Shown here piece after piece: positions 13,913 through 26,918 of a DNA stretch of 64,000 nucleotides. How positions within the stretch are numbered: position 1 is the stretch's first letter; each line of letters begins with the position of its first letter. Below the pieces are notes generated by a model. The model ran no database searches. It saw only the letters and a list, made by a program, of their open reading frames with translations, and was not told the DNA's origin. The position numbers and the translations under genes were made by a program. Source of the DNA: Isurus oxyrinchus. Lineage: Eukaryota. Location of the stretch: contig JANJGN010000025.1 in assembly GCA_026770705.1 (NCBI GenBank), positions 16,306,001-16,370,000 of the forward strand. The letters run 5' to 3'.

Positions 13913-14173
13913 AAACAAAAACAGAATTACCTGGAAAAACTCAGCAGGTCTGGCAGCATCGGCGGAGAAGAAAAGAGTTGACGTTTCGAGTCCTCATGAC
14001 CCTTCGACAGAACTTGAGTTCGATACAAGAAAGAGTTGAAATATAAGCTGGTTTAAGGTGTGTGTGTGGGGGGCGGAGAGACAGAGAAGTGGAGGGGGGG
14101 TGTGGTTGTAGGGACAAACAAGCAGTGATAGAAACAGATCATCAAAAGATGTCAACAACAAATTGACTGCCAA
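13913..14173 (-). mobile_element. Penelope pLTR fragment flanked by a 13-bp direct repeat
   Basis: ctcagcaggtctggcagcatc...gacgtttcgagtcctcatgacccttc; ttgagaaactcct at 13900..13912 and 14174..14186. Confidence 0.78.
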
Positions 14174-17074
14174 TTGAGAAACTCCTGTCTATTCGTATAT
14201 TAAAATGTACATAATTCACTCTGGTTAACTATAATATATGACGTGTTGTTTATGAGCTGTGATCTGTAATACATTGTAAAGTTCTGCTCAATTCCTTTGC
14301 TGTGTGGGCCTGTCCCTGCATTCTGGGGTAAGGAGATGCCTATGGTAGATTCACTCACACAGGTCAATTAAAGTCAACTGCAGGGAACTAAATGGCTGAG
14401 CAAACACAGTTGTCACTGTCAAGATCAAAAAGAGAAAGCAGTCTTTGATATGTAATCCGGTTGGAAATTGCAATGGTATTTTCCACGCATGCAGACCTGA
14501 GAGTCTGAAAGTTGTGACCTGTCCATCACTAAGAGATGTAACAAGAGATGTTATCTTAACTGAGCATTTACCATCCTCGGAATAACTTGAAATGGATTTA
14601 ATGACAGTCCATGGTGCAGAAAGAAGTGAAACAATACAGCTCGGCAACATTTTTACAGTAATAGAATCCGCAACGCAGCTGAGCATGTCCTGTTATACAA
14701 TATGATGCTTCGCTTGATCTGATCAAGAAGTACATATTTCACAAGTAGCAACACAACATGTATTTTAAATAAACAAAATCAATATAGCAGTTGATATGGT
14801 TTAGTGCATACTTGAAATAGGAAAAAAACAACTGACATCTATCATCCTGGTCATTGCCCTTCAGAAATTATCCTTTGGGACTTCACTATCACTGTCAGTC
14901 ACACTCATCTCCTCCACGTTTTGTATCTTTAGCTGTGCCTTTCCTAACGCGTGTTGTTTTACATGGCATAGGGGGTTTCAGGAAAGACGCTTACTAAAGA
15001 GTTCAACACCCTTACTGTTTATCTTGTGTATTTTTAACAATTACCTTTAACTCAGGTTTTTCTTAAATACATAAATTGGTTTCCAACACTCCTGTCCTTT
15101 CAATTAGATGCCCAGCGATTTGGTCAAAGATACATATTCAAGCAGTTCCACACTTCAGTATATTCTAGATCTCATCGTGACTCTGCTGGTATTGTACAGC
15201 AGTAACTTCATCCTCGTATTTCAAATTCCAGTAGATTTTCTTTAATTTGTCATTTTAGTGATCAGCAGCAAACATATTCCAAAACTATATGCCAGTGGCT
15301 GCACTTTATTGTTTTTGCCACACTTTTTTTTAAACCTTTCACCTGGTTACCAGACTTAATTTTGTAACTGAGCTGTTCAGTGCCTGATATCCTACCTCTA
15401 ATTGTCTGAAATTAAGCAGTTTTCTTTAAAATAATGGAATTACTGCATCATTAAAGCTAATCGTTGCCTGTCAACAGAATCATCCTATATTCCCATGTAT
15501 GAAAATACACAAGGACATTCATCATTCCAATTGCACTTTGAATGTTCATCCTTAAGACTATTTTAATTGGGCACGGGGTACATCAATGACACTAGACAGA
15601 ACTCCGAACCACAAGTGTCCCCTCAATCTCAACTAACAAGACAGTCTTACTCAAGGTCTACGGTCGAATCAAACTAAAAGAAGCATAACCTAAAACTAAG
15701 TCTGGATCGCACTGCGATGATTGATTATTTATTTTAGGTCCTGCAGCGCCCATCAGTCAAGGATAGCCTTGAGCACGGTGGGCATAATGTGGTAAAGAGA
15801 CTCCGAAGGCAGCTCTAATAAAATTTTGGATCATCAAAACTTGTTCAAACTAATTCATTCTGGCACACCTCACCATGGTGTCCATAAGTAAACTCTTTAA
15901 CAGGGGACCATTCTCCAAGAATTGTTGGTAATGAATTAATGGATTTATTAAATATGGAATTTTCTGATCGCTACTCTTTCAATTGATAATTATTGTTTAC
16001 CGGGTTTATTAAGTGCCAGTCATTAGCAGTGGCAACTGCCCCTTTTTACTTAATAAACAAGTTCTATTTTGGCTTGTGTTCCTCTTGAAGCTCTGCCATC
16101 CATCTGTCTAAACAGTTCTGCAATCTGTCACCCCTCACATATGTCCAATGTCAATAACTATGTGTACCTTCCTTCCTGGTCAAACACAAGAGCTCTGAAT
16201 ATCCACAGGGTATCTCATCCCAGCTAACTCCAACTGCACTCCACCACGGACCCCACCATAGTTTATGGGGGTGGGGGAAATCCATTAATTTGCCTGACAT
16301 TGGTGCATCTAGAGTGCCCACCTTTGTATACATGCCAGGAGGTTCAAAATAGCTGACCCAGCTTGTGGGAAGAAGGGTTAAGATCCCCTTGGAAAAGCAA
16401 CTTGGCTATTTCCTGCAGCCCTCCTCCTAAGATGGTCAGTTATAAACATTTACTTTTTAAAGATGATTCCTCTTCAGACGTTCAGGCTTTGATCTTGTTC
16501 AGAACATATGCCTGACCTAACAAAACATACATCGGGTTCTACTGAAGACTTGAAACACGGAAAGCCCTGTCGTAAGGAGGCTTTGAATCTGTTAAAATGG
16601 CCTTGTAAAGAATAAGAATAGGCTCTGGCCTCACCAAGTCTTTCTTGACAGTTGTGGTGAGATTGAGCGCGGCACTTACAGACCTAGACCTCAGTTCCAA
16701 GTGCACTCTTAGCAAACTTATGGTGGGCGTACGTCAGAACAACTGCAGATTCTTGCACCATTAATTTTAGGACAACTACACTTGTAGTTCAGTATTACAC
16801 AGCAAATAGTAAATGTAATTCAGAAGCACTTTTGAAGTCAAAGGGGTATAAATTCCTTGTGTCCATGTTGCAAATATAAAATGAGCACAATGAAGCCCAA
16901 TTTCAGGGTCCAACATCTATAGGCTAAGGATACTGGAGAATGTGTGAGGTCCAATTACTGGTCAGCTTTGGGCTTTGTGGTTAGAGAACTGGCTACAGTC
17001 TCAATTCTAGGCCTGAAAACAGGCAAAGATGAACTTCTACCCCAAGTGCTTCATCTTAGATCTCTTTATGTATT

Positions 17075-18110
17075 TTTTTTATTATTCATTCACGGGATGT
17101 GGGCTTCGATAGCTGGGCCAGCATTTATTGCCCATCCCTAGTTGCCCTTGAGAAGGTGGTGGTGAGCTGCCTTCTTGAACCGCTGCAGTCCATGTGTTAT
17201 AGCCCACAGTGCTGTTAGGAAGGGAGTTCCAGGATTTTGACCCAGCGACAGTGAAGGAACGGCGATATATTTCCAAGTCATGATGGTGAGTGACTTGGAG
17301 AGGAACTTCCAGGTGGTGGTGTTCCCATCTATCTGCTGCTCTTGTCCTTCTAGGTGGTAGTCGTTGTGGGTTTGGAAGGTGCTGTCCAAGGAGCCTTGGT
17401 CAATTGCTGCAGTGCATCTTGTAGGTGGTACACACTGCTGCTACTGTGCGTCGATGGTGGAGGAAGTGAATGTTTGTGATGTGGTGCTAATCAAGCAGAC
17501 TGCTTTGTCCTGGACAGTGTCCAGTTTCTTCAGTGTCGTAGAAGCCACACTCATCCAGGCAAGTGGGGAGTATTCCACCACATTCCTGATTTGTGCCTTG
17601 TAGATGGTGCTCAGGCTTTGGGGAGTCAGGAGGTGAGTTACTCATCACAGAATTCCTAGCCTCTGACCTGCTCTTGTAGCCACGGTATTTATATGGCTAG
17701 TCCAGTTCAGTTTCTGGTCAATGGTAGTGCCCAGGATATTGATAGTGGGTGAATTCAGTGATGGTAATGCCATTGAGCATCAAGGGACGATGGTTGGATT
17801 CTCTCTTGTTGGAGATGGTCATTCTCTGACACTTGTGTGGCAGAAATGTTACTTGCCACTTGTCAGCCCAAGCCTGGATATCTTTCAGGTCTTGCTGCAC
17901 TGGACACGGACTACTTCAGTATCTGAGGAGTCGTGAATGGTGCTGTACACTGTGCAATCATCAGCGATCATCCTCACTTCTGACCTTATGATGGAAGGAA
18001 GGTCATTGATGAAGCAGCTGAAGATGGTTGGGCATAGGACAATACCCTGAGGAACTCCTGCAGTGATGTCCTGAGCTGAGATGACTGACCTCCAACCACA
18101 ACCATCTTCT
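17075..18110 (-). mobile_element. Second CR1-type LINE family, RT C-half plus 3' tail
   Basis: ITAGVPQG.VL.PTIFSCFINDLP....SEVRMIADDCT, MQQDL..IQAWADKWQVTF; tail gggcaa.tagggatgggcaataaatgctggcc + polyA. Confidence 0.9.
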
Positions 18111-18189
18111 AAGGATGTGCACAATTCAATCTTCCACAATTGGGAGCCACAGATGACAATTCTATTTTCATGTTTGGAAATGCTAACCT

Positions 18190-18505
18190 GTGACTATTGG
18201 GCTACCTTAATGCAAACAATATTTACCTGGTCTCTTGTTTAATTCAGTCATTTGTACAGGAGATTGTGAATTCTTGGCTGGAATACTTGGCTCCTTAGCC
18301 TGGTTTTTCCATGCTACGTGTGACCTTTTCGCAGGTAGACTATCAGGTTCCCCTTCCAGAATGGCAATCAATCAACTCTGGCCAGTTTTTTCTTGAATAA
18401 TAATGAAGAGTGCTCCACCTTGAGGATCCCCCTCTCTCTCTCTTACCTACATCGACAAAACCCACCTCTGATGGGAAGAAACTCCAATGGGCTATTGCCC
18501 TTACC
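18190..18505 (+). repeat. Left arm of 316-bp inverted duplication
   Basis: Reverse complement of 20129..20444, about 10 mismatches by eye. Confidence 0.93.
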
Positions 18506-19524
18506 TTTTCTTCTCTGTTTTCCAAATACATTAGCGTTTTTGCAAGGATTTGGGTGCCATAATTTATAAATGCATCAAATTTCTAATTAACATATAGAAT
18601 CAAGGCACATGCCAAGTTAAATTAACTAAATCAAATCTTATATCTGGTTGCATTTTTTTAATTCCACCATAAGTAAATGGCCAAATGGTCCAAATGAACC
18701 ATACTGTCTTACATTTTCTTAAATAAAATGCATTTGTTTAGTGTGATAGGATACTCCACGTGGCCTCTTTTAAAGTGGATAAGTGTATGAGGGATATCTT
18801 ATGTGGTTAAAATACTTGACAAGTGTTTGTTATATTCAGATTTATATCCAACTCAGGATTTTATACTTATTCCCAAGTTACTTAAACTGCAGATGGAACT
18901 GAATTCTGCTTAATGATGGTTTTCATAATATTTCACAATGCCTTCCTGTCATCAGCCAAGGTCTGTGCCTGTCAATCTTCAAAGAAAAATAGCAGCAAGT
19001 TATATATACACAGTGAAAGGTGAATGCGCAAAACAAAATGTAAAACGCTTCACCTCCCACAAGTCTGAAACAAAAACAGATAAATGCTGGGGACATAAAG
19101 TAAGTCAGGCAGCATCTGTGGAAAAAGGAACTAAATGTTAACATTTCAGGTGCATAACCCACTAACAGAACTGGAAGACATTTTGATAAACAGATCAAGG
19201 AAATTACTGAGCGAGGGTGCTGAGGCCACACTAAACAAAACCAAGAAGAATGATCTTCAAAGTGATGAGGTGAAGAATGGGGGATGATTAAATGACAGAG
19301 GTGACAATAGCATAAGATACAAGAATCTTTGCTAATGGGTCAGGACCCCAACGTCAGAAGCATTTCCAGGTCCCAACCCCAAAACGCAACTTTGAAGGAC
19401 ATGGCTAATCACTGGCCAGATGGTGCGCATGTTATCCAGTTAAAGGCAGTGGGTGGGCTCCTGGCACTGGAGGACCAATAGAAGACTTTCCAGCGTTGAG
19501 AGCACGGCAAACCGCCATCAAAGC

Positions 19525-20150
19525 TCATGATAGACTCCTCATTGTTCGAGTTCGTCTGAGCTGTAAACGATTTCATCGCCTTCCATGGGTCGCCTCATGA
19601 CTGAAGAGTCCGATGCAGGACAGCGACAGAACCGGCAGTGCATGTTGTCATTTTTGGTGCTCAGGGGAACTTCTACAGCTGTGCCACATCTGGCCTTCCT
19701 CTGGGCATGTGGGATGTGACAAGTTTGGTGTAGATGGTCCTAGAAACATTCTGCTTACGTTGAGCCAGTTGAGTGAAGTATTTTCCCAAGGGACATTGTC
19801 TGTAATGTGAAAGTTTGTAGGACCCTTTGTTATGGTGTCCTTATATCATTTGTACTGAGTTGTTTCCCTTGAGATAGTTCCCCATAGAACATTTCCTTGA
19901 GGATTCTGTAATCATCCATGAAGGAGACATGGCCTGCTCATCTAAGTTGGACTTCCTGGAAGGTGGTCTCCATGCTGTTGCTCCCAGTGTGACAGGGGAC
20001 CTCGTTGTTTGCGATTTTCTCTTGCCCAACTGAATTCTCCTGATGGACAGCAGGTGCCTTTGGTGGAAGTGCTCAAGAGCTTTGATGTTCCAATAGCAGA
20101 GCCTGGATTCTGTACTGGACAGCAGGGTGGTAAGGGCAATAGCCCACTGG
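19525..20150 (-). mobile_element. RTE-clade LINE 3' fragment
   Basis: AI.LTTLL..TES..CY..IKALEHFHQRHL.SI; terminal C..C...CIGLFSH motif. Confidence 0.72.
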
Positions 20151-20444
20151 AGTTTCTTCCCATCAGAGGTGGGTTTTGTCGATGTTGGCAAGAAAGAGAG
20201 AGGGGGATCCTCAAGGTGGAGCGCTCTTCATTATTATTCAAGAAAAAACTGGCCAGAGCTGATTGATTGCCATTCTGAAAGGGGAACCTGATAGGCTACC
20301 TGCGAAAAGGTCACACGTAGCATGGAAAAACCAGGCTAAGGAGCCAAGTATTCCAGCCAAGAATTCGCAATCTCCTGTACAAATGACTGAATTAAACAAG
20401 AGACCAGGCAAATATTGTTTGCATTAAGGTAGCCCAATAGTCAC
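20129..20444 (-). repeat. Right arm of 316-bp inverted duplication
   Basis: Reverse complement of 18190..18505. Confidence 0.93.
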
Positions 20445-21767
20445 TGAGTAAAACTCAGCCTCCAAAGCAGTCACCTCACACCGTGCTTTGCATGTGTCTA
20501 CTTCTTGGCTGTGAAACTGAAACCAGCGCAGCAGACTTTAAAATAATTACCAAAGATGGATAAGGATCAGTAAGTGAAGATCATTTGTGGTCTAGGGTTC
20601 TTAACACATTCTTCTATTACACTGCTACTTCGACTATTCTGAGCCATCCTCCAAACTCACACAAACATTATTGACGAAACAAGCACCAAGTGACCTCATT
20701 TTATTGGACTAGACACCCTGAATTCAGAAAAGAAGAAGTCCAAAATATATGCCCAGCCACCACGCCCTTGGATTTTTCCCTTAGCAGGCCAGGCAGATAT
20801 TAAGAAAACTTAGCGCCTGATCAACTGTCACTTCTCCCCCGGCCGACTTACAATTTTACCAAGCATCTCCATTTAAGATTCTCATCCCTAAGTTTAAATC
20901 CTTCCATAGCTTCACCCATTTCTATCTCTAACATCTTCCAGCCGGACAGCACACACCCCCACATCCACCTGATGGTGAGATAAGGTGAATCCTCACAGAC
21001 AGAAATGCACCATTTTTATTTTGGATGAGTGGAATTGGAAGTAACAGGCTCAAAAGAACAGGAGTGTTATCCTAATATGTATTAGGAGAACGCCAGGCCA
21101 GAACTCCAGTTTCTGGAACTGCTAGGCCTAGAAATTGGGCCAAATTTTTTGGGTGCTACGTGGACACCTAAGCAGGGCCAGGGAGATAAATCATGGGCCG
21201 TGATGCTTCTATTTCCAGGCCCCACTTTACACATTGGTTAACCTTAGAGACCCAATACCAGAACTCCAGGAAACATCGACAGTGTGATGTAAAGCTTGTT
21301 TTCCTCAGGGGAGAGGGAGCATCAAATGAAGTTTAACTAATGAAACGAAAGTGAATGAAGTCTTGAAGATTAGAAAATGGACTGACAAAATTACCCCAGC
21401 CAGGGTGTTCACTATGATGAAACATGCCAATACTGATGGATACAATTTAAAAATTTCATAGCTGTGGGTAAGGGGGGGAAGTTATGGGGGGGGGGGGGGG
21501 AAGTTACGTGAACAACTTCACCCAAAGGATGATAGAGCTGTGGAAAAATTGATGAGGTAAAGCCATTAGTTCAAGCTGCTGAGGGGTAAACTTAATGGGT
21601 CAGGGAGGCACGAGGTGCTTTTACTTACCTTGCTTAAGTTGTACTCCAGCTGCGAAAGGCACTCTATTGGTCAGCAAAATGAAACAGAGCCACACTATCG
21701 AGGGAAGAGGTCAGCTGGAAACCAGAGAAGGGTCCACAGCACATCATCAAGAGGGAGGAAGTCGAGC

Positions 21768-22029
21768 TTGTCAGGTAGATATAATAACACTCGTAATGTT
21801 ATTGCAATTTGCTGTAAAATAGTGATATCTGTGTGTGTGTGTGTGTGTGTGTGTATGACAGACAGACTTAACTTAAAGGCAGCTGCTCAGAAGGCTTTGA
21901 TGTAAACATGGGAGAAGTTTAGAATGTCAGGTGTGAAAGGACATTTGCATTTTTAAATAAACCAGGCTAGATTGTTTTCAAAGGAGGGGGTGAAATGTGT
22001 CACTGAGCCAGGTGAAGTTTAGAAACAAT
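21768..22029 (+). mobile_element. Partial LTR of the same family in the opposite orientation, containing a (GT)n tract and cut by a Harbinger MITE
   Basis: Matches the reverse complement of ~61140..61379 (tgtca.g...aatgttatt...tagtg.tatctgtg...aaacatggg..aa.tttagaa). Confidence 0.6.
21830..21854. repeat. (GT)n microsatellite
   Basis: Directly visible. Confidence 0.95.
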
Positions 22030-22400
22030 GGGCAGAATTTTGCTGTCAGTGAGCAGGGGTCGGGGCCCGCTCGCCAACGTGTAAAATGATGCGGGATGTC
22101 GTCAGGTGGAACCCCCAACATCATCCCGGTCCGTTTAAATCTTCAGGAAGGCGAGGGCACAGCAAAACCAGCTGCGGGCCCGCCGACTTGTCAACGGCCA
22201 ATTGAGGCCATTGACAGGATCATTTAAACAATTAAAGGACCTGCCCGTCCAACATTAAGGTTAGCAGATCAGCCAAGAGCCCCAGCGGCAACTAGGAAAA
22301 ACATGGAACCTCATCCAGCGGCGGGATGAGGTTTCATACAGGGTTTTAAAATTTTACTAAAGTTAGTATGTAAATTATGAACATGTCCCATCTCATGTGT
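22030..22400 (+). mobile_element. Non-autonomous Harbinger end fragment
   Basis: Begins with TIR GGGCAGAATTTT; GC-rich subterminal motifs like those at the 37000-37283 end. Confidence 0.65.
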
Positions 22401-22605
22401 CCAAACCCTTTTGATGAGAGATTGCGTTTTCACTAAATGTCCGAATTAACACCTTGCTGCCCAGCCCTGTACTGCTGACTGCAGCTTATCTATTTGAAAT
22501 TTATAGTTCCAATCATGAGGTCAAAACATCTCAATGGGTTTGAAATTATGATCCATAAATTTCCCAGTAGGTGGGGATTTCGATCCTACAATTACCATTC
22601 ATCAG

Positions 22606-23245
22606 GAACTGAACTGGACTAGCCATACAAGTACTGTGGCTACAAGAGCAGGTCAGAAACTAGGAATCCTGTGACAAATAACTCACCTCCTGACAGAAAG
22701 CCTGTCCACCATCTAAAAGGCACAAGTAGGAGAATGATGGAATATTCTCCACTTGCCTGGATGAGTTCAGCTCCAACAACCCTCAAGAAGCTTGATACCA
22801 TCCAGGGAAAAACAGCCCGTTTGATTGTCACCACATCTACAAACATTCACTCCCTCCACCACCAATGCACAGTAACAGCAGTGTTTACCATCTACAAGAT
22901 GCACTGCAGGAACTCACCAAGGCTCCTTCGACAGCACCTTCCAAACACATGACCACTACCATCTAGAAGGACAAAGGCAGCAGACACATGGGAACACCAC
23001 CACCTGGAAGTTCCCCTCCAAGTCACTCACCATCCTGACTTGGAAATATATCGCCACTCCTTCACTGTCGCTGGGTCAAAACCCTGAAACTCCTTCCTAA
23101 CAGCACTCTGGGTGTACCTACACCAAATGGACTGCAGCAGTTCAAGAAGACAGCTTACCACCACCTTCTCAAGGGCAACAAGGGATGGACAATAAATTCT
23201 GGCCCAGCCAGCGAAGCCCACATCCCATTAATGAATAATAAACAA
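22606..23245 (+). mobile_element. 3' part of the second CR1-type family, abutting the Gypsy 3' LTR remnant
   Basis: MMEYSPLAWMSSAPTTLKKLDTIQ.K.ARLI; same tail. Confidence 0.88.
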
Positions 23246-26200
23246 AGGCATATTGTCAGACAACATGTCCTATTCTTTTTAAAGGTACTTTCCCCCTTCT
23301 AAAGAAGCATGACTAGTTACAATACATGTTCATGTTTAGTTTCCATTACATAAGTATGTAGAACTGATCAACCTGAGTCTCCAAAGCATAGAGCTAATCT
23401 GCTGGTATGCCCAGGTCTTGTAATGGAAACCTTGGCTGGTTTATTGCTCATAGTGAGATGTGAGGTTGTCATTCTTGGATGTTGTGCCTGTTTGCACTTG
23501 GGATCTTGTCCTAGCAATAGAACTGCACGATTATTAAGAGCTGGATCTGATTTGCCCTTGGTTGTGCCTCACCATTGCCCCTTTGGTGTAATTACATCAC
23601 TGGACATTGGATCCGAACAAACGCTTGTCACCTCAGCCTTCTGTGGGATCCTGGATGCGAACTTGTTGTCCCAACTGTAAGCTTGGCAATTCTGTACCTG
23701 CTTTTATATATCACATGTAAGCTGTTTTCAAGTTTCTGAGAGCGTAGAATTGGTAAGAGTAGGTAAATTGGTGCACACTGGTCTTCCAAACGTGAGCTCT
23801 GCCTGTGATGAAATAGTTGCACTAAAAAGTGTCACTTTCAGATGTAATATTTCAATGTGTAGATCTTGCTTGGTTTGTCCATATTTGAGAATTAGGAATT
23901 ACACTGTGCAGGTAAATCGTTCATCTAACCAATTAAATGTAATGTAGTGAGAAGAATTAGTGTGATTGATATTCCATTTCCCATATATATCCTGAAATGA
24001 CTTACTAATAAGTTACAGATTGTTATCTGTAATAATCTCTCTAGGCACACCAAATAAACTGAAAATAGCACTTAGAATGTGTGTGACAGTTGTGCGTCTT
24101 GTGCAATTGTCGAATAATGGTACTTGGTAAAGCAGTCAATGATGGCGATAAAGTCAGTGCCACGGACATAAAAGAGGTTGGATGCGATTTTGGACCAAGG
24201 ATGGGTAGGAAATTCGTGTGGAATCAGTGGTGCTTTCTGCTGACTTGGCATGTGCTCTGGACAAGCGTCACACTTCTTGACAACAACTTCAATGGCATTG
24301 TTCATACCTGGCTAATAAACTGTCTCTCTTGCAAGTCTTCTCATCCAATCTATGCCCATGTTTGAGTGATTAAGTTGTTAAAGCATATCAGTTGCAAAGG
24401 TTCCAGTAAAGGCCTGCCTGTCTTTAAAAATGACTTCGTGGGAGGTTCCTAGCTCATCCCAATAAGGCCAAAATTGTCTCATGTGTTCATGGACATGCTG
24501 AATTGAATCGAGCCATCCTTCCTTCGATGATAGTTTCCACAGTTTCTGCAGTGTAGAATCTTTCGCTGTTTCTTCTTGTAGCTGCCGGCATTTGCATTGC
24601 ACAAAATGTATTGCATCAATTTGGAGAACATCTTCAAGTTCAATGTCAATGAAGTCAACGTGTAGATCTAAGGATATATATTCTGTTTTCGCTGGGTTAG
24701 GCAATCTGCTAAACGTATCTAATGTGACCATCAAATTACCCGGCTTGTATCTAATCTCACAAGCATAACCTTGAATACTTATCAAGAGACGTTGCAATCT
24801 TGGCGATGCACTGGTCAATGGGTTTCACCAAATCATCTCCAGTGGCTTGTGATTGGTCTCCACCGCAAATCTTTTGCCCAAAAAAAATATGAAAACACAA
24901 ACACAAACACCAAAGCTAATGTATCCTACTTGATATTGGAATAGTTAGATAGCATTATGGACCGAGATTTTGTAGCAAATGCAATCGATTTGCCTTTTTT
25001 GTAGCATGCATGCCCCTAGTCCTTTCTGTTAGGCACCTATCTCCAGGGTAGTTGTCTCCCTAGGGTTGCACAATTGCAATGTTGATGCTTCTGATACTGA
25101 TTGTTTCAGTGCTTTGAAGAGGTGTTGGTGGTCTTTGTGCCGCAGGAAAGGCACATCCTTTCTCAACAATTCCCTTAACAATGAAGATTTCTGAGCAAAA
25201 TTGGGAAAGTGTGAAGGCAAGAAATTAAAGTGACCTAGACATCTTCAAAGATCGTCTTTATCTTGAGGAGTTGGCATGACACCAATCCTTCATTACATGC
25301 CCCTTGCATCAGTAAATGCAGATTGTGGTCATGTTCTTGCTTTGTTCTTCCCACAGCTATATCATTCGCGATACAGATGCATCCTAGCACAGGGCATGTA
25401 ATGCAGTCCACGTGAGCTTGAACGAGATCCTGGCTAACAGGTAGCCCGAAAGGAGGTTGTTGAAAACAGTATCATCCAAATAGGGTACGAAATGTAGTAA
25501 AACCTTGAGATTTCTCCAAGAGAGGTACTGACCAGTAACTATGCTCGGCAACAAGATTTGAGAAGAATTTTGCACCTGTTCATCTCAGATGTAACTCTTC
25601 TAATGTGAGTATTCTGTAAGGACAATGTTTCAAAGCTGCAATTAAATGTCATGGATCAAGGCAAACTCTCAATGACCCGCCCTTGTTTATGACACCATAT
25701 GATGAGCTGCACCAATCTGTGTGCTCATGTTCTCTTCTAATGATTCTGTCTTTCTCCTTTTTGTCTAGTTTGGCGTTAAATTTGTCTTGTATGTTGATGC
25801 TGCACTTATGTGGTGGATGATGTAGAACATCTGGAACACCCAGGAGGATTGATTGTAATTGTGCCTCAGGGGACTATGGATCCTGAACATGAAATAAGTG
25901 AACCGTTGTATATTGAAAGTTTCACAGCAGTAGGTTTCACTATGAACTTCTACATCAATGTTTACACGTCTTTTAGAATTTGCATGGGTAGTAGTTGGCA
26001 CTTGCCCCTGTGTCAATCTTGGTCAATAATGAATGGTTGACAACTTTCTTAGAGCAAATAATTTGAAGCTTGGCGAACACTTTGGATGGTGTGACAGTGT
26101 CTACGTTTTCCATGAGATTCATGGTGTGAAACATGTGTTCACCTCTCTTCTCACCAAGCACATCATCATCATTTTCTAGTTTGTTAATCACCTCATGTTT

Positions 26201-26918
26201 CTGTTTCTGACGGGATACTGGATGGTCACTCTTATTGCTTGAAGGTACCAGTTGTGGATGGTCTGTTTGGATCAGTGTACAGCTCTTTTTGTAGCTGCAT
26301 CAGCTTTTACTCTAGTGCATTGCCACAGCCAATGCCCCTTTCTGCCACATGCCTCGCAGAACTGATGAAAACCTGGGCATTTCCTTGGTGCATACAGAAG
26401 GCCACCCCTTCCACATGTCTTGCTAAGTTTAGATGTTCGTTAGATGTTCTAGTGAATGCATCAACAATTGGGGATGTCCTTAGGAAGTGTCAGCTTTGTC
26501 GACCCGTGAGGATTGCTTCATACTTACTTCCATCCTTGAGTAGCTCTTCAATACTATATGCTTTGTGCTTGCCTGGCAGATCTTCCCCGGAATGCTTCCA
26601 TGGGAGTGGATGCAATCACCAACTCAACAAATCTGTTTGCTAGCTCTGTGTTTGAAAAATCACAGTGAGTACCCTTCTCTCTGTATTTGCTGATGAAGTG
26701 GTCCATGGATTCTGTAGCCTGTTGTTGAAATAACATGAACACCAGTCGATGAATTTGGAAGTTTAACCTGATCCTGAACCAGTCTTCCAATGTAGTCCAT
26801 AGCTTTTGGGGATCCTTTAGTCCTGACATGTTCAGCCTGTGTAGACTTTCATTCCCAATTGCTAAGCAAATTTTTATGGCTTGCTAGTCTGGTTCAGACA
26901 CACCTGAATTAAGAAACC

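Noticed and set aside
14351-14686. 111-aa ORF in unique sequence
   Set aside because: No recognisable homology in the frames I translated.
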